NCBI GenBank assembly: GCA_045863395.1
Contig: BTVJ01000016.1
Location: forward strand, 1-64,000
Direction of reading: 5' to 3'
Source: Myxococcales bacterium
GTDB lineage: Bacteria; Myxococcota_A; UBA9042; JABWCM01; BTVJ01
Length of the DNA stretch: 64,000 bases
Under the pieces are notes generated by a model. It was not told the origin of the DNA, did no database searches, and was given only the letters and a program-made list of their open reading frames with translations. This document shows, piece after piece, positions 19,164 to 29,200 of this stretch. Position 1 is the first letter of the stretch; every line of letters begins with the position of its first letter. A program made the translations under genes and the position numbers.

Positions 19164-20449
19164 CGGAGTGCTCCTCGCATGGCGTTGACGGTGTCCGTGG
19201 CCAGCTTCACGGATGTGTTCCAGGCCGTGACCATCGGGTAGGCCTGGGCGGTTGTGCAGAGAAAGACCCGGCTCTGCCCTATCTGCGGGGCCGGCCGCCG
19301 CCGCAGGGTGCCCCGGGTCCACACCGGCTCGACGAATGGGGCGCGGAAGACGTAGCTCGCCTCCACGTCCTCGCGGCGCAGCCCCTTGTACAGGCGGCAC
19401 AGCCCCGCGATGGCGCCCTCTACCTGCTCCGCGTCGGACCGCTCATAGGGCTCGCTGCCCGCGTCGCAGTAGTTCATGAGGTAGAGGAGGTGGTGGCCGC
19501 CCGTGTCCTCCAGGGGGACGACGTGGGTCGTCTCCACGATGCCCTGGAAGGGGAAGCCCGAGTCGACGACCGCGGTCCAGTACCACGGGGACAGGCGGCG
19601 CCGCATGAGCAGCAGCACGTTGCTGACCCCCTGGAAGGCGACGTCTCCGCAGGTCAGCTCGGCCCGCAGCGCCGGGGAGAGCAGGCGCTGGAGCACCGCG
19701 AGCGGCGGGGTCGCCACGACGGCGTCATAGCGCTCGACGCCGCCGTCGGTCGTGATGGTCGCCCCGCCGTCGCCGGACTCGATGAGGCGCACGGGCGCCG
19801 AGAGGCGGATGGCGCCCCCCCGCGCCCGGATCGCCTCGGCCAGCGTGTCGACGATGGCGCCGTAGCCTCCGCGGACCGTGCCCTTGACCTCCTGGCTGCC
19901 GTTCTTCTCGCGGTTCAGGGTGTTCCAGATCCAGTAGGCGGGGACCTCGCCGCGGCGCTCCCCGAACTTGGCGGCGAGCAGCGGGTCCCAGACGGTCTCG
20001 AAGACCCGGTCGCCGAAGAGGCTGCGCAGCCAGGGGATCGCCAGCACCTCGTCCAGGTCCAGGGCGTCCCGCTTGAGCTTCGTGATGTAGAGGGCCCCGA
20101 AGCCGGTGCGCAGGCGGTGGGGGAAGGGGACCGCGCCGAAGCGCAGCAGATCCAGCGCCGAGTTGAACGGGTACAAGCGATCCTGGTGGATGATGCCCAT
20201 CCCCGTCTCGGTCCAGCGCAGGCGGCTCCCCAGACCCAGTTCCTTGAGCAGGGGGATCAGGTGCGCGTCCGAGTCCAGGATGACGTGGTAGTACTTGTCG
20301 AGGCGCGCGCCCTCGTGGATGAAGGTCCCCGCGAGCCCCCCAAGAGAGGCCGTGCCTTCCAGGATCGTCACCCGGTGCCCCTCGCAGGCGAGCCTGTATC
20401 CGCTCACGAGCCCTGCGACTCCGCCACCGATCACCGCAATCTCAGCCAC
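19160..20449 (-). CDS. FAD-dependent oxidoreductase (amine oxidase/protoporphyrinogen oxidase-like)
   Basis: IAVIGGGVAGL..GY.L, LGGLAGT, DKYYH; start taken at GTG 20449 (ORF open from 20485). Confidence 0.88.
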   Translation of the reverse strand: MAEIAVIGGGVAGLVSGYRLACEGHRVTILEGTASLGGLAGTFIHEGARLDKYYHVILDSDAHLIPLLKELGLGSRLRWTETGMGIIHQDRLYPFNSALDLLRFGAVPFPHRLRTGFGALYITKLKRDALDLDEVLAIPWLRSLFGDRVFETVWDPLLAAKFGERRGEVPAYWIWNTLNREKNGSQEVKGTVRGGYGAIVDTLAEAIRARGGAIRLSAPVRLIESGDGGATITTDGGVERYDAVVATPPLAVLQRLLSPALRAELTCGDVAFQGVSNVLLLMRRRLSPWYWTAVVDSGFPFQGIVETTHVVPLEDTGGHHLLYLMNYCDAGSEPYERSDAEQVEGAIAGLCRLYKGLRREDVEASYVFRAPFVEPVWTRGTLRRRPAPQIGQSRVFLCTTAQAYPMVTAWNTSVKLATDTVNAMRGALR

Positions 20450-20605
20450 AGCAAGTGCTCCGTTGTCATCGAGCCGGCGCAACATTACTCCAAGGCACGG
20501 CCGGGCGACAGGACGTTTCGGCAGGGAGGCGCGACAGCTTGAGGATTCACGCCGCCGTCACGGTGGCGCCTTGACGCAGCGCGGCAATGCGTGTTGGATC
20601 CGCGC

Positions 20606-21439
20606 ATGATCACCGGGCACCCCTGGACCAGCGAAGCCGATGCCGCCGCACGCCTCTGCCGCGAGGCGGGCGCCCTCGTCCTGGATGCGCGGGCGCGCGG
20701 CCTGGAGCGGTCCACAAAGGCAGACGCGACCATCGTGACCAATGCCGATTTGGCTGCCGACCGCCACATCGTGAGCGGGCTCCGGGCGCTCTTCCCGCGT
20801 GACGGCATCGTCACCGAGGAGTCGGGCGGCGTGGACCCCGCTTCGTCTGGGCGGACCTGGGTCGTCGACCCCCTCGACGGCACCAAGGGCTTCGCGCGGG
20901 GGGGGCCGGGCTTCTGCGTGATGATCGGGCTCCTGGAGGGCGCGACCCCGGTCATCGGGGCCATCTACCTGCCGGTGGACGACGCCCTGATCCTCGCGGT
21001 CCGCGGTCGAGGCTGCGTCGTGGCGGATGGCGGCGGTATCCGAGAGGCGCGCGTGTCACGTAGCGCGGTCTGGGGCTCCCTTCGCCTCGTGGTCTCGGAG
21101 AGCCTCCCCCCGTCGCGCCGGGACCAGGTGCTTGCCGCCACGGGGCTCGCGCGGGGCCCGGCGATCCACAGCGTCGGCGTGAAGGTGTCGCTGCTGGTGC
21201 GGAGTCAGGGGGACGTGTACTACAACCACCACGGCCTCTCCACCTGGGACACGGTGGCGCCCGGGCTGGCGCTCGAAGAGGCGGGGGGCGTGATCACCAC
21301 CCTCGACGGCGCGCCCCTCACCTACGACCCGGCGACCCTGACGACGGCACGCTTCGGTCGCACGCTGGCGAGCAACGGAGCGCGCCACGACGAGCTCCTC
21401 GCCTGCTTCAGCGGGCTCGTGGCGCAGCACGTCCGCTGA
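20606..21439 (+). CDS. cysQ: Inositol monophosphatase family / 3'(2'),5'-bisphosphate nucleotidase CysQ-like
   Basis: VTNAD, TEE, WVVDPLDGTKGF, WDT..P, GGVITTLDG.PLTY. Confidence 0.85.
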   Translation: MITGHPWTSEADAAARLCREAGALVLDARARGLERSTKADATIVTNADLAADRHIVSGLRALFPRDGIVTEESGGVDPASSGRTWVVDPLDGTKGFARGGPGFCVMIGLLEGATPVIGAIYLPVDDALILAVRGRGCVVADGGGIREARVSRSAVWGSLRLVVSESLPPSRRDQVLAATGLARGPAIHSVGVKVSLLVRSQGDVYYNHHGLSTWDTVAPGLALEEAGGVITTLDGAPLTYDPATLTTARFGRTLASNGARHDELLACFSGLVAQHVR

Positions 21440-21442
21440 CGC

Positions 21443-22060
21443 TCACTCCTCGGAGAGCTCCTGGGCAGCCCGCGACTCCTCGACCCGCGCGCGGACGACG
21501 GTCCGCGCGCGGTGAAGGCGGGACTTGACGGCAGAGACGGTGAGACCGAGGGAGTCGCCGACCTCCTTCGCGCTCATCTGCTCGGAGTCGCGCATCAGGA
21601 GCACCGCGCGGTCCAGGTCGGACAGCGCCTCCAGCGCCGCCGAGACCACGGAGACGAGCTGCGTCATCGAGGCCTGACGCTCAGGGTCCGGCTCATCGAT
21701 GGCGTGCTGCGGGGCGTCCTCCGCGTCCAGGGAGGAGTGCCGCCGCCGGTCGTGCTTCATTCCGCGCCGTCGCTTGAGGCATGCGGACGCGACCAGGCGA
21801 AAGAGCCAGCTCTTGAGGGTAGTCTCGCCCCGAAACCCAGGCAGGTAGCGGTAGGCCGCCACGAATGCGTCCTGGACGGTGTCTCTGGCGTCCTCATCGT
21901 CGCCGCAGCGGCCCCGGGAGAAGGCGAGCAGCCGCTCCGAGTAGCAGCGGATCATGTCCTCGAAGACAGAGAGATCGCCCGCGCGGGCGCGGTCCGTCAG
22001 ATCCCCGTCGCTGCACGCCGGGCCCTTGAGGTCTGTGTCGATGGTGTGTGGATTCGTCAT
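21443..22060 (-). CDS. ECF RNA polymerase sigma-70 factor
   Basis: Region 2 DARDTVQDAF...F.G.....WLFR; region 4 LRD....EV...LGL....VKSRLHRAR. Confidence 0.92.
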   Translation of the reverse strand: MTNPHTIDTDLKGPACSDGDLTDRARAGDLSVFEDMIRCYSERLLAFSRGRCGDDEDARDTVQDAFVAAYRYLPGFRGETTLKSWLFRLVASACLKRRRGMKHDRRRHSSLDAEDAPQHAIDEPDPERQASMTQLVSVVSAALEALSDLDRAVLLMRDSEQMSAKEVGDSLGLTVSAVKSRLHRARTVVRARVEESRAAQELSEE

Positions 22061-22106
22061 GGCGCCCACTCTACCGGGTCGGGCGCCCGACGCAAAGAGG
22101 GCATGC

Positions 22107-22655
22107 TCAGGACAGCTCGCGGGACCCGCTGACCAGCGCGGCCGGGTCGACGCCCATGGCCCTCAGCGCCCGCGCCCACACGTCGTCTGGCGGCACGTGG
22201 AACACGAGGTCGGCCGAGGCGGGGCACGTCAGCCAGGCGCCGCTGCGCAGCTCCTCGGCGAGCTGCCCCGGCGCCCAGCCGGCGTAGCCGCCGAAGACCC
22301 GGCGATCGAGCTCCGTCTTGTCGGCGATCCACTCCAGGGTGCGCCGGCTGGTGCTGGCCCAGACGCCATCCACCACGAAGCCCGAGTCCACCTGGGAGTC
22401 CCGCGCGCCGTGGAGGATCCACCCCATGGTCGGCTGCACCGGCCCCCCCGAGTGGACCAGGTCGTTCGCGGCCCCCACCCACTGGATGTCCAGGGAGGCG
22501 CAGAACTCGCGGGCGTCCACGTGCGTCGGGCGGTTGATGACCAGCCCGACCGTCCCGTCCTCGTCGTCGTGCTCCACGACCAGGACCACCGTCCGGTGGA
22601 AGTTGGGGTCGAGCAGGTCGGGCATGGCGATGAGGAAGCTGCCGCGAAGCTCCAT
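22107..22655 (-). CDS. yqgE: YqgE/AlgH (DUF179) family protein
   Basis: LIAMPDLLDPNFHRTVVL, GLVINRP, GGPV, GYAGWAPGQLAEEL..GAW. Confidence 0.93.
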   Translation of the reverse strand: MELRGSFLIAMPDLLDPNFHRTVVLVVEHDDEDGTVGLVINRPTHVDAREFCASLDIQWVGAANDLVHSGGPVQPTMGWILHGARDSQVDSGFVVDGVWASTSRRTLEWIADKTELDRRVFGGYAGWAPGQLAEELRSGAWLTCPASADLVFHVPPDDVWARALRAMGVDPAALVSGSRELS

Positions 22656-22727
22656 GGGCCGTCCTCCATAGCGGGGGGCTCGTCCCGGCCACTATACGCG
22701 GAGGGCGGTCCGGCCGTCGAGCCGGGC

Positions 22728-24212
22728 TCAGAACGAGACGTCCGCCGCCAGGTGGAACAGATCGATCATCTGCTCGTACTCGCCGTCGCCGCTCGGCTGC
22801 TTCGTGGGAGAGGCGAAGTCGTCGAGCACGCTGTTCCCCTTGGTGTTGACGTCCACGTAGAAGACGTGCGTGTAGGTGAAGGCCAGCGCGAGGTTCTCGA
22901 CGACCTGGAACTTGCCGCCGAGCCCCAACGTGAACTTCGGAGAGTCGATGAGCGCCGGATCCATGATCTTGGGGTCGATGGCCGAGCTGTCGTAGCCGCC
23001 GCCGATGTAGCCCTCGATCTCGGGCGTGAACCAGTAGCTGAAGCCCAGCCGGTAGCCGAAGGAGTCCTTCCAGTGCCGTGGGAGGTTCAGGATGATGCCT
23101 CGGGCCTCGGGGCCGTTGCCGCCGTTGAGCTGGGGCTCCTTCAGCGGGTCGTCGGTCTCGACCACGTCGCAGTTGGGCCCACCCTTGGCGTTGGCGTCGA
23201 GGAGGCACTGGCTCTTGACCTCGCTCCACCGGGTCCAGTCGCCGAACATGCGGATCTCCATGTCCGTGCGGGGGCGGAAGCGGAAGCCAAGCCGGATGAT
23301 GTCGGGCAGGTCCTGCTGGAACTCCACGTCGGTGACGCTCGGGTCCGACGTACCCAGGGCGTTCTTCAGCGTGCCCTTGAGCGTCATCCCGCCGACCACG
23401 TTGGGCTTGCTCGTGTAGGAGGCGCCGATCCAGAACTTGTCCTCCACGGCCTCCCACAGCGCACCCACGGCGAAGCCCACCTGCCAGCCCTCGACGTCGA
23501 TGAGGCTGCGCCCCTCCTGCAGGCGCTCGGGGGCCGTGGCGGTGGCGGGGGTCACCATGTTGTCGGTGCCGTCGGCGTTGCGCGCGCGCAGGGTCTTCAC
23601 CTCACTGCGGATGCCGCTGACGCTGGCGCCCAGCGACAGGCGCGCCGACTCGATCTTGTAGGCGAAGGCCCCGGTCAGGTACATGGACCGGAGGCTGCCG
23701 TCGATGGTGTACCACCGCTGAGCGCCGTCCACCGCGCCCGGGAACCGGTCGCTGCCGGCGAAGGCCTCGTTCTTGTCCCACGACGCGCTGCCGCCGAAGG
23801 GGAAGGACACGGAGATGCCCGCCGCCAGGAAGTCCGTGCCGAAGTCGCTCTGGATGCCAAGGAAGGGCGACGCGATGATGTTGAAGGCCGACGCCTCGCC
23901 GCTGTTGGCGCCCTCCGAGCCCTGGGGCTGGAAGCTGGGGTCCTGCCCCGCGTAGGCGCCCGCGGCCGATGCCGGGCGCGTGTACGTCACGTTGCGGAGC
24001 GCCAGCACGCCGTCCACCCAGATGTGGGTGCCCTCCCCAAAGGCGATGCCCGCCGGGTTGTAATAGAGGGCCGTCGGGTTGTCCGTCGTGGGGTGGCCGT
24101 GCTCGCCGCCGAAGCGGGCGGACGCGATGCCCGCCGCGCTGGCATCGCCGGCCGCCAACAGCAGGGCAGCCGTTCCGCCGGCTAGAAGCCACGCTCGCCG
24201 TGGGTTGCGCAT
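22728..24212 (-). CDS. FadL/OmpP1/TodX-family outer-membrane transporter
   Basis: Signal peptide ASA|AG; TDNPTALYYNPAGI motif; amphipathic strands; C-terminal Phe. Confidence 0.88.
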   Translation of the reverse strand: MRNPRRAWLLAGGTAALLLAAGDASAAGIASARFGGEHGHPTTDNPTALYYNPAGIAFGEGTHIWVDGVLALRNVTYTRPASAAGAYAGQDPSFQPQGSEGANSGEASAFNIIASPFLGIQSDFGTDFLAAGISVSFPFGGSASWDKNEAFAGSDRFPGAVDGAQRWYTIDGSLRSMYLTGAFAYKIESARLSLGASVSGIRSEVKTLRARNADGTDNMVTPATATAPERLQEGRSLIDVEGWQVGFAVGALWEAVEDKFWIGASYTSKPNVVGGMTLKGTLKNALGTSDPSVTDVEFQQDLPDIIRLGFRFRPRTDMEIRMFGDWTRWSEVKSQCLLDANAKGGPNCDVVETDDPLKEPQLNGGNGPEARGIILNLPRHWKDSFGYRLGFSYWFTPEIEGYIGGGYDSSAIDPKIMDPALIDSPKFTLGLGGKFQVVENLALAFTYTHVFYVDVNTKGNSVLDDFASPTKQPSGDGEYEQMIDLFHLAADVSF

Positions 24213-24456
24213 TCGTCGTTCCTCACCGTTCGGGTGCATCGGGGCCTGAATCCGTAGCCGGTACATAGACCGAGTCCCGAAAACACGCAAGGACTTTCCT
24301 CACGGCGGCCCCCACCTCGGGTCGTCGCAGGCGCGGCGAGGCTGCCGCGGATACGCCGCGGAATCGTCCGGCCGGCCCTCACGTGGATGTTGCGCATCGG
24401 GGCCAACGGGTGTAGAGAGAGGCTTCCTTGCAACGGAACCTGGAGATCGAAAGCCC

Positions 24457-26124
24457 ATGATCCACGTGCGGAAGCCCCGTCGCCCCGTCCCGCTGGCCGT
24501 CGCGCTGGCGGCGCTCGCCGGCCTGCTGTCCCTGTCTGGCTGCCCGGACCCGGAGGGCCGCTACGAGGAGTTCGTCAAGAACACGCACGCGCTGCGGGAC
24601 ATCTCCGAGCCGGACACCGGCGCCGGCACCCTGACGGACGTCAACGGCACGTTCCTGCTGGGCATCGCGCCGGTGATCAGCCCGACCTCCGTCCTTCAGT
24701 TCACGACCGTCGTCACGTGGACCCCCAACGACGATCCGACCACGGGCGGGAAGCTGAAGTTCGATCTGCAGCCCATCCAGGTGGCGCCGGGTCAGGTCAC
24801 CCGCGAGCCCGTCGGCGGGATCATCGTCGGGAACGCGGACGTCGCGGCGGACGGCTCCTTCGAGATGGATCTCGGCGAGCAGGACGTCACGGGCCTCGCC
24901 AACCCGATCAGCGGCAGCGACATCACGGCCACGCTCAAGCTCAAGGGCAAGATCCGCGACTCGGACACCCTGTGCGGCACGGTGGAGGGCGACGTGACGG
25001 CGCCCATCCAGGTGGGTCTCAACGGCTCGACCTTTGGAATGACCCGCATCGAGAGCACGGCAGCCGCGGACCTCCCCGAGCCCCTGGGTGCGTGCCCGGC
25101 TGGTACCGGCGGCGAGGACGCGGGCGGCACGGACGGCGGCGCGCCGGACGCAGGACCCACGGAGGACGCCGGCCCCGACGAGGACGCGGGCCCCGGCGAG
25201 GACGTGGACGCGGGTCCCATCGTTCCGACGTGCCCGACGATCGACCTGACCGGCACCTACACTCTCAAGTTCATCACCGACACCCAGAAGGGCCAGGGCG
25301 CGCCCCCTTCTGAGCTGGGCCTGCGACTCGAGGCCAGCGACGAGGAGGGCGAGTGCTTCACGGGCGCCCTGCTCAGCCTGCTCAACCCCGGCGAGGAGCT
25401 GGCGACCATCGAGAAGGTCGAGCAGCTCGGCTCGGACGTGGTCTTCACGGCGAAGAACTTCAAGATCCCCCCCGGCGCCAACCCCCTGCTCCCGAACGGC
25501 GGCACGGCGAACATCACCTTCACCGCCTCGCTGTCCGGGGACGGGCGCCTGTGCGGCACCATCGTCTTCGGCCTCTTCGAGCCCTTCGCGCTCAACAGCA
25601 ACGGCACCTTCGCCGCCGCCCTCGATGGCGGGGGCTGGGCGGTTGGCGATCCCGAGTGCGCAGGGCTCAAGCCGGACTGCTCGGCGGTGACGCCCTGGGC
25701 CGGCACTTACGAGCTCATGTTCATCACGGACACCCAGAAGGGCCAGGGCGCGCCGCCGACCGAGCTGGAGCTCCTCCTGGAGGTGGGCGACGCCGTCTGC
25801 CTGCGCGGAGGCCTCATGAGCAAGGTGAACCCCGGCGAGGAGCTCGCGAGCGTCCAGGACTTCACGAAGACCGCCGAGGGCTTCACGTTCGTGGCCAAGG
25901 ACTTCGCCATCCCCGCGGGCGCCAACCCGCTCCTGCCCAACGGCGGCAAGGCCAACATCACGTTCACGGCAGGGTCCGAGAAGCTCGGCGAGGACACCTT
26001 CTGCGGGACCATCGTGTTCGGACTCTTCGAGCCCTTCGCCCTCAACAGCAACGGCACCTTCGCCGCCACCCGCAAGGACGTGGTCGCCCCGCCCACGGCC
26101 CCGGAGTGCTCGGGCATCGAGTAG
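24457..26124 (+). CDS. Lipoprotein with three related beta-domains, the last two near-duplicates
   Basis: Lipobox LSGC; two copies of GTY.L.FITDTQKGQGAPP...GANPLLPNGG.ANITFTA...CGTIVFGLFEPFALNSNGTFAA; N-domain shares ANP...LCGT. Confidence 0.85.
   Translation: MIHVRKPRRPVPLAVALAALAGLLSLSGCPDPEGRYEEFVKNTHALRDISEPDTGAGTLTDVNGTFLLGIAPVISPTSVLQFTTVVTWTPNDDPTTGGKLKFDLQPIQVAPGQVTREPVGGIIVGNADVAADGSFEMDLGEQDVTGLANPISGSDITATLKLKGKIRDSDTLCGTVEGDVTAPIQVGLNGSTFGMTRIESTAAADLPEPLGACPAGTGGEDAGGTDGGAPDAGPTEDAGPDEDAGPGEDVDAGPIVPTCPTIDLTGTYTLKFITDTQKGQGAPPSELGLRLEASDEEGECFTGALLSLLNPGEELATIEKVEQLGSDVVFTAKNFKIPPGANPLLPNGGTANITFTASLSGDGRLCGTIVFGLFEPFALNSNGTFAAALDGGGWAVGDPECAGLKPDCSAVTPWAGTYELMFITDTQKGQGAPPTELELLLEVGDAVCLRGGLMSKVNPGEELASVQDFTKTAEGFTFVAKDFAIPAGANPLLPNGGKANITFTAGSEKLGEDTFCGTIVFGLFEPFALNSNGTFAATRKDVVAPPTAPECSGIE
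25252..26070 (+). repeat. Intragenic direct duplication of about 370 bp (25252-25620 and 25702-26070)
   Basis: Near-identical DNA such as ttcatcac.gacacccagaagggccagggcgcgcc and ctcttcgagcccttcgc.ctcaacagcaacggcaccttcgccgcc. Confidence 0.85.
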
Positions 26125-26235
26125 CGCCTCGCCCCGCTCCGGCGGGTACGCTGCCTGTCGCGACCGCCCTCAGCCTGTGCTACCATGCACCGTTCCATCG
26201 GCGAGGCTGCGCCTGGTCGTCTCCTGGAGGGTGTC

Positions 26236-29200
26236 ATGCGTTCCGTGTCCATCGCGCTCTGCCTGCTGCTCGCCACCGCATGCACCAAGATGCGGACGGT
26301 GGATCTGCCTCTCCTCGAGGCGGATGTCGAGCAGACGGGGGAGGTCCCGTTTACACCCGGGGGAGAGAGTGACACCGGGGGAGGGATCATCACCGACCCC
26401 GGTGATGGCGACGCTGCTGCCGATACGGCCGGAGCCACCGTCGAGGATGCAGGCGGAGACTCCCAGGACGCAGAGGCCGGCAGCCTCGGTCCCGACACGG
26501 CCTGCACCCCCGCTTGCGGCGAGCGGGTATGCGGCGACAACGGCTGCGGGGGCTCCTGCGGAACCTGCCCGGTGGGGACGGAGTGCTCCCCCGGCGGGAC
26601 CTGCTCCTGCGCCCCCGACTGCGAGGGCAAGGCGTGCGGCCCCGACGGGTGCGGCGGCATCTGCGGGACCTGCCCACAGGGCGCGACGTGCATCATCCCA
26701 GGCGGCGCGTGCGTCGGCCCGACGAGCTGTGGCGACGGCGCCTGCAACGGCAAGGAGACCTGCGACGACTGCCCAGATGACTGCGGCCCCTGCGACACCT
26801 GCGGGGACGGCGCCTGCGACGACGGGGAGGAGTGTACGACCTGCGCGGTCGACTGCGGCGCCTGCCCCCCGACCTGCGGCGACGGGGCCTGCTGGGCGAG
26901 TGAGTCCTGCACCACGTGCCCCGAGGACTGCGGCGCGTGTCCCGCCGGCTGCGGCGACGGCAAGTGCAAGCCGGGCGAGACGTGCTCCAGCTGCCCCCAA
27001 GACTGCGAGGCCTGCCCTCCTGCCTGCGGCGACGACCTGTGCAACGGAGCGGAGACCTGCGCCACGTGCTCCGAGGATTGTGGGCCCTGCCCTCCGTCCT
27101 GTGGCGACGGCGCGTGCAACGGCACGGAGACCTGCAAGACCTGCGCGGGTGACTGCGGCGTGTGCCCGGCAGGCTGCGGCGACGGCCTGTGCAACGGGGC
27201 GGAGACCTGCACCTCCTGCTCCGCCGACTGCGGCGCGTGCCCCGCGGCATGTGGCGACGGCTCGTGCAACGGCGCCGAGACCTGCAAGACCTGCCCCGGA
27301 GACTGCGGCTCTTGCGCTGCGATCTGTGGCGACGGCACGTGCAACGGCACGGAGACCTGCAAGATCTGCCCGAACGACTGCGGCGCGTGCCCCGCGGTGT
27401 GCGGCGACGGCTCGTGCAACGGCACCGAGACCTGCTCGTCCTGCCCCCTCGACTGCGGCGCTTGCGCGCCCTTCTGCAGCGACGGCAAGTGCAACGGCGG
27501 CGAGACCTGCGGCTCCTGCCCCGTCGACTGCGGGCCCTGCGCCCCCTACTGCGGTGACGGGGCCTGCAACGGCGGCGACACCTGCGGCAACTGCCCCGTC
27601 GACTGCGGGCCCTGCGCCCCCGTGTGCGGCGACGGCACGTGCAACGGCGGCGAGACCTGCACCTCGTGCGCGTCCGACTGTGGCGCCTGCCCCTTCATCT
27701 GCGGCGACGGCGCCTGCAACGGTGGCGAGAGCTGCGGGACGTGTCCCATCGACTGCGGACCGTGCGTCCCCGACGACTCCTGCGTCGGCCGCTGCAACCT
27801 GTCAGCCCCGGCCGGCTGCTTCTGCGACGCCTCGTGTGTCTCCTACGGCGACTGCTGCCCCGACGCTTGCGCCGCCTGCGGCTACTGCGCGACGACCTGC
27901 GGCGACGGGGCCTGCAACGGCGGTGAGACCTGCGGCGCCTGCCCTGCGGACTGCGGCGCCTGCCCGCCGGTCTGCGGCGACGGCGCCTGCAACGGCGGCG
28001 AGACCTGCGGCGGCTGCCCCGTGGACTGCGGCCCCTGCATCCCCGACAACTCCTGCCAGGGGCGCTGCGGCGGCAGCGCGCCGGCGGGGTGCTACTGTGA
28101 CTCCATCTGCGTCTCTGCTGGCGACTGCTGCGTGGACGCCTGCTTCTTCTGCGGCTTCTGCCCCGCCCTCTGCGGCAACGGCTCCTGCGAGGCCGGCGAG
28201 ACGTGCGCTCAGTGCCCCTCGGACTGCGGCGCCTGCCCGGCGGTCTGCGGGAACGGCCTGTGCGAGGGCGGCGAGTCCTGCGCCACGTGCCCGTCGGACT
28301 GCGGGGGCTGCCCGGTCCCCGACGACTCCTGCGAGGGCCGCTGCGGCGCGCAGGCGCCGGCCCTGTGCTGGTGTGACACGTCGTGCGTGGGCTTCGGCGA
28401 CTGCTGCTACGACGCCTGCCCCAAGTGCGGCCAGTGCGCCGCCGGCTGCGGCGATGGCACCTGCGGGGCCGGCGAGTCTTGCGCATCCTGCCCCATGGAC
28501 TGCCCCTGCGCCGGGACGGGGGACGGCTGCCAGACGGCGAGCGCACCGGGCTGCCCGGGGTGCAAGTGCAAGGACTGCGTGTGCGCCATGGACCCGTTCT
28601 GCTGCGCGACGGCCTGGGACTCGATCTGCGTCGGCGAGTGCGCCAACCAGTGCGGCGGCTGCGGCAAGTTCTACGACGGGTGCACCGACAAGGCCACGAG
28701 CCCTCCTTCCTCCAAGCTGTCGACCTGCGATGGCTCGGTCTACGCGCTGACGGGCCACTGCTACAAGGTCCTGAGCGGCTCCTGGTCGTGGTCCGACGCC
28801 CGCGCCCAGTGCCAGGCGTGGGGAGGCGATCTGGCCACGCTCCAGTTCGGGGGCGAGAAGTCCTTTGCCCAGGGTCTCCTCGGCTGCGCCTCCTGGATCG
28901 GCCTGACGGACATGGCGTCCGAGGGGACGTTCGCCTGGGTCGACGGGCGCCCGGTTGGATACTCCGCCTGGGGGGCGGGGGAGCCCAACCAGGCTGGCGA
29001 GGAGGACTGCGCCGAGATGGGGACCGGCGGAGTCTGGAACGACCTCTCCTGCTCTTCCGGGCGCTGCGCCCTGTGCGAGCGCAGCTTCTCGCCGCTCACC
29101 GGCTGCGACGGCTGCTCCTGCAAGGCCTGCGTCTGCGGCATGGATCCGTACTGCTGCGCGACCGCCTGGGACTCCATCTGTGTGGGCGAGTGCCAGTCCG

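Noticed and set aside
21443..22060. ECF sigma/anti-sigma pair
   Set aside because: No anti-sigma gene adjacent; neighbours are yqgE and a convergent cysQ-like gene.
26725..28500. Regular ~75-bp repeats as a CRISPR array
   Set aside because: Units are in-frame, vary at synonymous positions, encode Cys repeats and have no unique spacers; no cas genes in the window.
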